Source of the DNA: Nostoc punctiforme PCC 73102
Lineage (GTDB): Bacteria; Cyanobacteriota; Cyanobacteriia; Cyanobacteriales; Nostocaceae
Length of the DNA stretch: 32,000 nt
Assembly (NCBI RefSeq): GCF_000020025.1
Contig: NC_010631.1
Coordinates: 240,001-272,000 of the forward strand
Reading direction: 5' to 3'
A program made the position numbers and the translations under genes. The stretch's first letter is position 1. Every line of letters begins with the position of its first letter. Positions 24,801 to 32,000 of this stretch are shown one piece after another. A model generated the notes under the pieces. It was not told where the DNA came from. It searched no databases and saw only the letters and a list, made by a program, of their open reading frames with translations.

Positions 24801-24866
24801 TAGCGATCGCAACTTTATAAATTGGTAAAGGTATTGATATAGTTAACTTATAAGTTTAGAGATTAT

Positions 24867-27800
24867 ATGGTTCAGGACATCTCACAGAAATTTACCTTAT
24901 GGCTCAAAGTTTCACTTCTCGGTCTCTCCCTACCATTGTTACTTAGCAGTAGTATTCGAGCAGAAGAGTGTACTCCAGCAGATATCAAAGCACAGATTGA
25001 AAAATTTAAAGATGCTAAAACTTTCAAAGCTGCTAATGATACTGTAGTGAAATGTGGTGAAGACGCTATTTCATCTTTAGCAGAAGCCCTAAGTAATAGT
25101 GATGCAGCCACCCGTACTAATGCTGCATCTGCTTTAGGTAAAATGGGTTGGATAGCACAAGATGCTGTTCCTGATATAGTGGAAACACTTGGGGATGGTG
25201 ATGAAAACGTTCGTAGTAGTTCAGTTCGTGCCTTAATTGCTATTGGGAGGTCTGCTCAACAGCAAGCTAATACAATTTCTGAGTTAGATTTAAAAGGAAT
25301 TACTAAATTACAACTTATTAAACGACAAATAGAAAAAGCCCTTGCTCATCTTGATGCAAAACCAAAAGAATGGGCAAATCAAAAACTATTACAGCAAGAA
25401 CTCCGCTTAACTAGGAATGCGCTACAAACCAAGTTAAATCAATTGCAGGATAGAATAATTTCTCGTTTCATTCAGTGGGTAATTAAAAATCCCGGAATAT
25501 TTATATTATTGGCAGTGGCTGCTTATTTGAGTATATTTAGTATTCGTCCATTGTGGTTACTTAGTCTAAATAAAGTATTGCCCCAGACATGGAAAATACC
25601 TATAATCAACCAAGAAATAGCAGTAAAGTGGTTGTTATTTTTAAATTACAAGCCGAGGGTATTAGATACGTGGGTAGAAAAGTATATTGAGCCAGTTAAA
25701 ACAGAATTTTTGCTGAAAGATATAGTCAAGCGTGATAGCGGAAGCCATATTCCGCAACCTGTTGAATTCAAAGACAAAATCAAGTATCCTCAACTTAAGA
25801 ACAACGATAACTCGACAGAAGAAGCACTAGAACACAAAGAACTCCAAAAAGAACTCAAAGCAGAGATGCAGAGAGAGCAACAGTTTTGTGTACTGATTGA
25901 AGGAGAAGGTGGTGCAGGTAAAACCAGCTTGGCCTGTCAAATTGCAAATTGGGGAATAGAAGGTAAGCTTGCTAATCATCGGATATTACCTGTACTCATT
26001 GATCGCGATTTGCAAGACAATGAAGACCTCCTGCAAATGATTCGTAAGCAACTACAAGACCTGACAAATACAGGAAATGACGATATTACTCAAGAATTTC
26101 TCATTCACTTGTTGTATCAGCGACGTGTCTTAGTGATTATTGATCACTTTTCTGAGATGGAAAAGTCAACCCGTAATAAAATCCTTGCTGCAATAACCGA
26201 AAATCCTATTATTAATGCCTTAGTTTTCACATCACGAGTAGTAGGGGAACTTAAAGGTCTGACCAGATCCACTCTCAAACCAATGCGCGTTGAAGGAGAA
26301 CGGATATCAGAATTTCTGGGTGAATATCTTAAGTTATGCAACTACCGTAACCAATTTGATGACGAAGCATTCTATAACGCTTGCTCTCGTCTCAATCGGA
26401 TGGTAGGACAGCGTAAGATTACAATTATGTTAGCAAAGCTCTATGCTGACCAAATGATTGCTACTAAATATAAAGCAGTAGATACAGAACTACCAGAAAA
26501 TATCCCAGACTTAATGCTGAGTTACCTAAATCAGCTTCACCCTAAAGCTGGTTCAGCCCAACAGTTAACAGTTCATCAAGATTTAGAAATCATTGCTTGG
26601 AAGTGTTTAGAAAATACTTACAGTCCTACACCAATTTCTAGGATAACTGCCGAAGAAGCCCTAGTTAGACCCGGTTCAAATGAAATTGATAGCCGTCTCG
26701 ACTACTTACAAACTACTTTGAATATATTACTAAAAATAGAACCAGACAAAGTAAAGATTAATTTAGACCCTTTAGCAGAGTATTTGGCAGGGTTATATCT
26801 AGTTCAACAGTATAAAGATAACGCCGAAGCTTGGCAAAAACTTTTAAACGATATTGATGAAAAATCAGAAAATCTGGAAAAAATTAAAGGCTTTTTGTTA
26901 GCACTGTGGGACTGCTGTGAATTTAAGAAAAATGAGTTTAAAATTCCAGATTTAGTATTTCAGGGATTGCTAAAGAGAGCAAATTTAGATCCAAAAGAAA
27001 TTGAGGCAGAGCAACGGAAACGGCGGATTAAGATATTGATCAATGAGCTTTATACACCAGAGGTAGAATTTCGCATCCGTGCTGTAATTGACTTGCAAAC
27101 AATGGGCAAGGATGCTAATCCGGCTATTCCTCGTCTACGTAAACTTTTGGAAAATAACAGCGAAATAGCAAAAGTTCGCAGAGAAGTTGCTAAAACTTTA
27201 AAGCAGCTTGGGCAACAAAATAGAATGATAATTTTACAAATCGACAATGGAGTAGAGTCGATTCGCCTAGCGGAACATCCACCCACAGAGGAGATATATC
27301 TTGGTGATAAGGTCATATTAGAAATGGTGCGAATTCAAGGCGGTACATTTTTAATGGGCGCTCCAGAAACGGAAGAGTATTCTATGGATTCAGAACGCCC
27401 TCAGCACGAAGTAACTGTTCTCCCCTTCTTTATAGGCAAGTACCCTGTCACCCAAGTACAGTGGCTAGCAGTCACATCTCTGCCTCAAGTTAACCGAGAA
27501 CTTGACCCTGACCCCTCCAGGTTTAAAGGTGCAAATCTACCTATAGAAAAAGTGTCTTGGTACGAAGCAGTTGAGTTTTGCGACCGCCTATCTCAACATA
27601 CAGGAAAAACTTACCGTCTCCCCAGCGAAGCAGAATGGGAATATGCCTGTCGTGCTGGAACTACCACTTCATTCCATTTTGGCGAGACAATCACATCAGA
27701 ATTGGCAAACTATGATACCAGCGAAGTTTCTGGTGTGGGAGTAAAGGGAAGGCATCAAAAAGAAACTACACCTGTGGGTAATTTTGAAGTCGCTAACGCT

Positions 27801-28061
27801 TTTGGGCTATACGATATGCACGGGAACGTATGGGAATGGTGTCTCGACGATTGGCACGATAACTATGAAGGTGCGCCAATAGATGGAAGTGCTTGGTTTA
27901 ATATTTATCACAAACAAGCACATTTTGTACTGCGGGGCGGTTCTTGGTACAACAATCCTAAATTCTGCCGTTCCGCGTATCGTAGCAATAACAACGATCG
28001 CGGCAACCACGGCAACATTACTGGTTTTCGTATTGTCTGCGAGATTAAAAGGATTCTTTAG
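24867..28061 (+). CDS. membrane-anchored STAND/NACHT-like NTPase with HEAT repeats and C-terminal FGE-sulfatase (C-type-lectin fold) domain
   Basis: N-terminal hydrophobic signal LWLKVSLLGLSLPLLLSSSIRA. HEAT/PBS-lyase-like repeats (ATRTNAASALGKMG..AVPDIVETLGDGDENVRSSSVRALIAIG), a coiled coil and the TM helix IFILLAVAAYLSIFSI follow. Walker A is GEGGAGKTSLA (about 25902) and Walker B is RVLVIIDHFSE. A second HEAT pair precedes the FGE domain, from RIQGGTFLMGAP (about 27330) to GFRIV (about 28035). Confidence 0.9.
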   Translation: MVQDISQKFTLWLKVSLLGLSLPLLLSSSIRAEECTPADIKAQIEKFKDAKTFKAANDTVVKCGEDAISSLAEALSNSDAATRTNAASALGKMGWIAQDAVPDIVETLGDGDENVRSSSVRALIAIGRSAQQQANTISELDLKGITKLQLIKRQIEKALAHLDAKPKEWANQKLLQQELRLTRNALQTKLNQLQDRIISRFIQWVIKNPGIFILLAVAAYLSIFSIRPLWLLSLNKVLPQTWKIPIINQEIAVKWLLFLNYKPRVLDTWVEKYIEPVKTEFLLKDIVKRDSGSHIPQPVEFKDKIKYPQLKNNDNSTEEALEHKELQKELKAEMQREQQFCVLIEGEGGAGKTSLACQIANWGIEGKLANHRILPVLIDRDLQDNEDLLQMIRKQLQDLTNTGNDDITQEFLIHLLYQRRVLVIIDHFSEMEKSTRNKILAAITENPIINALVFTSRVVGELKGLTRSTLKPMRVEGERISEFLGEYLKLCNYRNQFDDEAFYNACSRLNRMVGQRKITIMLAKLYADQMIATKYKAVDTELPENIPDLMLSYLNQLHPKAGSAQQLTVHQDLEIIAWKCLENTYSPTPISRITAEEALVRPGSNEIDSRLDYLQTTLNILLKIEPDKVKINLDPLAEYLAGLYLVQQYKDNAEAWQKLLNDIDEKSENLEKIKGFLLALWDCCEFKKNEFKIPDLVFQGLLKRANLDPKEIEAEQRKRRIKILINELYTPEVEFRIRAVIDLQTMGKDANPAIPRLRKLLENNSEIAKVRREVAKTLKQLGQQNRMIILQIDNGVESIRLAEHPPTEEIYLGDKVILEMVRIQGGTFLMGAPETEEYSMDSERPQHEVTVLPFFIGKYPVTQVQWLAVTSLPQVNRELDPDPSRFKGANLPIEKVSWYEAVEFCDRLSQHTGKTYRLPSEAEWEYACRAGTTTSFHFGETITSELANYDTSEVSGVGVKGRHQKETTPVGNFEVANAFGLYDMHGNVWEWCLDDWHDNYEGAPIDGSAWFNIYHKQAHFVLRGGSWYNNPKFCRSAYRSNNNDRGNHGNITGFRIVCEIKRIL

Positions 28062-28099
28062 TAGCTCTTTTTTCATCTTGTACGAAATAACGGATATTC

Positions 28100-29460
28100 T
28101 CGGACTTAGACAAAATAGAGGGGTAAAAAGGGGTATAATTCTTTTTCAGCCTAGCTTTCACGTCAAAGTAAGCTCCCATGAAAGAGACAACTCCCGCCGC
28201 CATGCCTCCATGCTTTGAAAAATGGTGTAAGAGGTTTGATGATGTGTTTACTCATAAAGCTCAAAAAAGAGAGTTCAGGCATTATTTAGGAGGATTATTG
28301 GGTGAAAGCGAGAGAAAAAACCTATTTCAGATAGCAGAAAACGCTATAGGGGTGAATTACTATCAATTACATCACTTTTTAACTGAAGCACCTTGGTCTG
28401 ACTCCAAGATCAATGAACGGCGCTTAGAGATTATGAACAAGTGCAGTCAAACCAGAATTAGTAGAGGATTTAGTTTAATAATTGATGATTCTGGTCATAA
28501 GAAAAGTGGCAATTTTACCGATGGAGTGGGAAGACAATACATTGGAGAAATTGGCAAGACGGATAATGGAATAGTAGTGGTAACAACTCATTTATACGAT
28601 GGGAGAAAAAGCTTACCATTAGATATAGAGTTATATCAGCACGCCAGTTCCTTAAAAGAAGGTAAACAAGACTCAGAGTTTGAGAAAAAACCGGAATTAG
28701 CAATCAAGTTAATAGACAGAACTATCCAGAGGAAATATCAACCAGGGATAGTAATTGTAGATGCGGGATATGGCAACAATACATCTTTCTTAGTAGAGTT
28801 AGAGAAGCGAGAATTAAAGTATTTAGGAGGAGTCGCCAGAAATCGAAAAATAACTATTACTAATGAAGATACTATTCAACAAACAATTAGGCTAGATGAA
28901 TTAGCACAAAGTTTACCCCAAGAGGCTTTTAAAGAAATTCAATTAAACTTAGATAAGCCCAAAACAGTATGGGTATTAACTAGAGAAGTAGAAATATCAC
29001 AATTGAAGGGAAAGCGAAATATTGCCATCGTCATGAATGCAGCGACTTTCTCACAAGCCACCGATATCGACTATTTTATCACCAATGTTTCTTCATCAAT
29101 TGTTACCCCAAAATGGGTAGTTGATACTTATTCTCAACGGAATTGGGTGGAAGTTTTTTATCGAGAAGCCAAAGGGTGGTTAGGATTGAAAGAATACCAA
29201 GTCAGAGAAAAAAGGAGTCTACTGAGGCACTTTATCTTGGTATTCTGTGCCTATACTTTTATTGTTTGGCATCAGATGACAGGCGGCTTGAGACGCAGGT
29301 GGGCAAATAAACCTTTGAATACTTTTACTGAAGCAATAGATGCTTTTAGAACAGCCATGTCTTATCGATTTTTTGATTGGTTGACCCTTAATCGTGACGT
29401 GTTTGCTGCTTATAAAGCCAGTTTAGGCTTTATTTGGGCTTAATTTGCGTTTAAGTCCCA
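28100..29460 (+). mobile_element. IS701-family insertion sequence, copy 2 (diverged; no clear target duplication)
   Basis: The left end (T)CGGACTTAGACAAAAT and the reverse complement of the right end TGGGACTTAAACGCAAAT are a degenerate version of the copy-1 IR. The intact 421-aa transposase is roughly 90 percent identical to copy 1 at protein level and about 85 percent at nt level, by eye. The flanks ttct and ttaa do not match each other. Confidence 0.8.
28178..29443 (+). CDS. IS701-family DDE transposase (copy 2)
   Basis: Collinear with 4528..5793 and the same length (421 aa), with the same DDE/YREK motifs. Confidence 0.9.
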   Translation: MKETTPAAMPPCFEKWCKRFDDVFTHKAQKREFRHYLGGLLGESERKNLFQIAENAIGVNYYQLHHFLTEAPWSDSKINERRLEIMNKCSQTRISRGFSLIIDDSGHKKSGNFTDGVGRQYIGEIGKTDNGIVVVTTHLYDGRKSLPLDIELYQHASSLKEGKQDSEFEKKPELAIKLIDRTIQRKYQPGIVIVDAGYGNNTSFLVELEKRELKYLGGVARNRKITITNEDTIQQTIRLDELAQSLPQEAFKEIQLNLDKPKTVWVLTREVEISQLKGKRNIAIVMNAATFSQATDIDYFITNVSSSIVTPKWVVDTYSQRNWVEVFYREAKGWLGLKEYQVREKRSLLRHFILVFCAYTFIVWHQMTGGLRRRWANKPLNTFTEAIDAFRTAMSYRFFDWLTLNRDVFAAYKASLGFIWA

Positions 29461-29967
29461 TTAATTGCAAGTCGTCACTGAGGTTTTTTTAAAAGCCTCT
29501 AATTTTTCAAAATCCTGCTTTTGGCTACGCGGACGCGGAACTTTGAGCTTGGCTTTGAGCCTGTAACGCGTCAAGTAATGTACAGTTGCGTATTCTGCTT
29601 GCACCCCTAACACAGTATCTAACCAATGTTGAATCTGGGTGTAACGTTGAAATCCACCTTCAGGCTGTTCGAGTTGGTTTTTCAGGCTCGACATTGCCCA
29701 ATTTGGTATTATACGTGTTCGACCTGGACTTGTTCCAAACTCCACAACCGCCTCAATTCCTCTATTTCGATAATCTGCCAACCACCTTTGAACCGTGCCC
29801 CGATGCCTTCCCAAAGTTTTCGCGATCGCACATACATTCAACTGTTAGGCTTTAATCAGATACAGTGCTTATACACGTTCTTTGAGTCGAGCATTTTTCT
29901 GCTGGCGTACTAACGCTTCCAGTTCCTCCACATTTTCTTTGATTTCAATATGTGTTATGCCTGCCAT
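29461..29967 (-). pseudogene. IS630-family transposase N-terminal (HTH) remnant, two in-frame TAA stops, 3'-truncated at the IS701 boundary
   Basis: The minus strand reads MAGITHIEIKENVEELEALVRQQKNARLKERV*ALYLIKA*QLNVCAIAKTLGRHRGTVQRWLADYRNRGIEAVVEFG...KAKLKVPRPRSQKQDFEKLEAFKK. That is the IS630/Tc1-like HTH region. The DDE domain is absent, and the frame runs straight into the IS701 end at 29460. Confidence 0.8.
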
Positions 29968-30032
29968 CACATACCCTAAATTGCTACCTTTCTTACATTT
30001 ACCATCTGTCGCATTCTTTTTTCAAATTGGTA

Positions 30033-30362
30033 TTAGGTAATCCATATCAAATTAACTTTGTCCCCTATCATCCCCATACGTACTATAAATTCATACCCAT
30101 CATCAGCAAAACTCAGCTTCCACAAATAGGTCTGAGTTTCTCCTTGTTTGAGATCACCGAAATAAGTGGTTGTATAACCTTCAGACATACGAGGAATTAG
30201 TGGAGAGCTAACTTGGTCAAAAATTTCTTTGGTAATATCTGTTCTGTAGTTGGAATCACCAACTGTGAGAAAAAGGTCGTAATTTCCCGTAGCCGTAGCA
30301 TCCAAAATAGTTTGCAAACAATTAATCACGTTTTCAGGAGGATTTGTTGAATTCATAATCAT
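30033..30362 (-). CDS. hypothetical protein (109 aa)
   Basis: ATG-initiated ORF with no recognised motif. It is preceded by the conserved upstream element. Confidence 0.55.
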   Translation of the reverse strand: MIMNSTNPPENVINCLQTILDATATGNYDLFLTVGDSNYRTDITKEIFDQVSSPLIPRMSEGYTTTYFGDLKQGETQTYLWKLSFADDGYEFIVRMGMIGDKVNLIWIT

Positions 30363-30410
30363 GCTCTTATGTTTGGTGTGGCCAGGTATACTAAGCTTTC
30401 ATCCAAAGAT

Positions 30411-30464
30411 TCAAATTTTTTGCATAAGTCAAAATTATTACAAAACTTTGCATTATTCGTTTTT
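30411..30464 (-). promoter_or_regulatory. conserved about 54-nt upstream element, copy 2
   Basis: tcaaattttttgcataagtcaaaattattacaaaactttgcatt... lies about 49 nt upstream of the start at 30362. See copy 1 at 20197-20250. Confidence 0.4.
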
Positions 30465-30488
30465 AACGCATCACACTTGTTACTCATT

Positions 30489-30998
30489 TTAGTGAACCAA
30501 CACCCCATCCACAATCGCAATCCCCCACTGCGGGAACTTCACCAGTAGCTTCTTGATCACAATCTGCAACACCGGATCATCCCAAGACTCTTGCAAATAC
30601 TCAAACCCCGGATTCTGCCCCGAATTCGCCGCAACCTTGAGTTTCTGCATCCGCCCTGGCCGCATATTTGATCTCGCTACAATCGCCTCATGCGACCATT
30701 TATCAACGACGGGTGCGGCGGAACAAGCACCTTCATGATCTGCTTTGACTTCTACACCCGAAACTGAGTTTTCAACTAACAACGAAGTGGGATTACACTG
30801 TTCTACCTGCCCCTGAGTTTGATTAGCGTAGACGTGAAACGGCTTGTCGCTAGACATCGCTGCATTCGCTAACGACTGAACCAACCGCGCACTATAGAAC
30901 TCCTGCTGTAAAAGAGACAGAACACTCAGCACACTCAATTCAGACCAATCCCCCAAATCCTCGTTGTGCAGAGATATAAAAGAGGTGTCCAAAAGCAC
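30489..30998 (-). CDS. conserved cyanobacterial hypothetical protein (only intact member of a 3-copy family in this window)
   Basis: 169-aa ORF with a GTG start. The C-terminal ..NPGFEYLQESWDDPVLQIVIKKLLVKFPQWGIAIVDGVLVH is shared with the decayed copies at 22906 and 24301. It carries the 35-bp dispersed repeat in frame. Confidence 0.6.
   Translation of the reverse strand: MLLDTSFISLHNEDLGDWSELSVLSVLSLLQQEFYSARLVQSLANAAMSSDKPFHVYANQTQGQVEQCNPTSLLVENSVSGVEVKADHEGACSAAPVVDKWSHEAIVARSNMRPGRMQKLKVAANSGQNPGFEYLQESWDDPVLQIVIKKLLVKFPQWGIAIVDGVLVH
30826..30860. repeat. 35-bp short dispersed repeat, copy B (inside a CDS)
   Basis: gcgtagacgtgaaacggcttgtcgctagacatcgc is 33/35 identical to 13260-13294. 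On the minus strand it encodes ..AMSSDKPFHVYA.. of ORF 30489..30998. Confidence 0.8.
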
Positions 30999-31181
30999 AA
31001 ACTTTAAAGACGGCTAAAAAATTGGTGTTGCGAGATTCGCATAATGGATGATGATACCATGCTAGAAAGAGCGGTGTCAGCCGCAGTCTTTCTTCAAAGG
31101 AGCAGCTAAATTTCTTTGCCCTAACTTAAAGCGATTGTCCAAGCTTTTTCAGAGCATGGAAAACCATAAAGAGAAATCCAA

Positions 31182-31919
31182 ATGAACTACGACATCAAAG
31201 ACAAAACCATTTTGGTTACGGGCGCAAATCGCGGCATCGGCAAGGCGATAGTTGAGTCATTTATTGAACACGGAGCCACCAAAGTCTATGCGGCTGTTCG
31301 TCAGCTCAACAGTGTCTCCTCATTGGTTGAGCAATACGGCTTACGGGTAGTACCAATTCCGGTTGATTTAGGCGATCCCCAATCTATTGTTGCTGCTGCT
31401 CAAACTGCCCCAGATGTGCAAATAGTTATCAATAATGCAGGAGTCTTTCAAGCTGGAACTCCCTTAGCTGAGAATGCGATCGCCGCTCTCGAATTTCAGA
31501 TGAAGATCAATGTATATGGATTGCTCTACATGGCTCAGGCGTTTTCCCCGATACTCAAAGCCAATGGAGGTGGTGTCTTTGTCCAAATCAATTCTGTTGC
31601 TTCGCTCAAGGGTTTCCCTGACTCTGCCACTTACTGTGCCTCAAAAGCTGCTGCCTATTCAATCACCCAGGCATTACGAGAACTATTGAGTGAGCAGGAC
31701 ACGCTTGTGCTAAGTGTTCACCCTGGCCCGATTGCCACGGATATGGGCGATGCGGCAGGAATGAGCCAGGTTGCACAGCCACCTGCACTTGTGGCAGACG
31801 GGATAATAAAAGCTCTCAAAGCTGGGGATTTTCACGTCTTTCCTGACTCGATAGCGAAACAAATGGGCGATGTTTATAAAAGCTTTGCCCAAAATGTCAT
31901 TGAGGTGTCATCAAGTTAG
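31182..31919 (+). CDS. short-chain dehydrogenase/reductase (SDR) family oxidoreductase
   Basis: Has [10 protein letters not shown] (the TGxxxGxG cofactor motif), NNAG, and the catalytic YCASKAA (YxxxK). The length is 245 aa. Confidence 0.9.
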   Translation: MNYDIKDKTILVTGANRGIGKAIVESFIEHGATKVYAAVRQLNSVSSLVEQYGLRVVPIPVDLGDPQSIVAAAQTAPDVQIVINNAGVFQAGTPLAENAIAALEFQMKINVYGLLYMAQAFSPILKANGGGVFVQINSVASLKGFPDSATYCASKAAAYSITQALRELLSEQDTLVLSVHPGPIATDMGDAAGMSQVAQPPALVADGIIKALKAGDFHVFPDSIAKQMGDVYKSFAQNVIEVSSS

Positions 31920-32000
31920 CTACATTGCAGGGGAACGCTCTAGACAAGGGTATCTGGGTATTAAACAGCAAGCCCAAACTCTTCTCGATTGTACAGATTC

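Noticed and set aside
4452-29460. The two same-orientation IS701-family copies might define a 25-kb composite transposon carrying the helicase, nucleases and STAND gene.
   Set aside because: Copy 1 has its own TTAG target duplication, so it was an independent simple insertion. The copies are only about 85 percent identical at nt level by eye. Copy 2 has degenerate ends and no TSD, and no shared outer duplication exists. This looks like co-located ISs, not a recent composite element.
24867-31000. Search for a DGR template repeat, avd or reverse transcriptase near the STAND-FGE gene.
   Set aside because: No second copy of the 27900-28040 segment and no RT-like ORF (no YxDD motif protein) is visible anywhere in the window, so a complete DGR cannot be claimed here.

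Overview
This window looks like an accessory, IS-riddled segment of a filamentous Nostocales-type cyanobacterial replicon. Support for that origin: HIP1 octamers (GCGATCGC) at least a dozen times (e.g. 1872, 2587, 7768, 11799, 11918), a NucA/NuiA nuclease-inhibitor pair, a PEP-CTERM protein, and GC-rich short dispersed repeats. No rRNA or tRNA genes were seen. Layout: (1) 1-4200 holds ordinary metabolic genes (GST, ICMT-like methyltransferase, 4Fe-4S/SCP2 protein, TauD-type dioxygenase) plus a two-repeat CRISPR-like vestige. (2) Two diverged IS701-family insertion sequences in the same orientation (4452-5810 and about 28100-29460) bracket roughly 22 kb of accessory DNA. (3) That DNA starts with a 1675-aa single ORF fusing a DEDD-type exonuclease-like module, a full RecQ core and a full UvrD core; the first IS has cut it off from a near-consensus promoter. 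(4) A 7-kb stretch carries three signal-peptide nucleases of unrelated folds (SNase, S1/P1, NucA beta-beta-alpha-Me) plus the NuiA inhibitor and several secreted or PEP-CTERM proteins. (5) 21.6-24.8 kb is a decay zone with paralogous gene fragments flanking single genes. (6) A 1064-aa membrane-anchored HEAT-NACHT/STAND-NTPase-FGE(C-lectin fold) protein has a C-terminal 25 codons with the AAY-rich look of a diversity-generating-retroelement variable region. No template repeat or reverse transcriptase is in the window; the second IS and a truncated IS630 pseudogene sit directly downstream. (7) The right edge holds small hypotheticals and an SDR oxidoreductase. Best candidates for an undescribed system are the Exo-RecQ-UvrD giant helicase and the STAND-FGE protein with a possible orphan DGR target. 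All calls come from motif reading by eye; no database searches were run.
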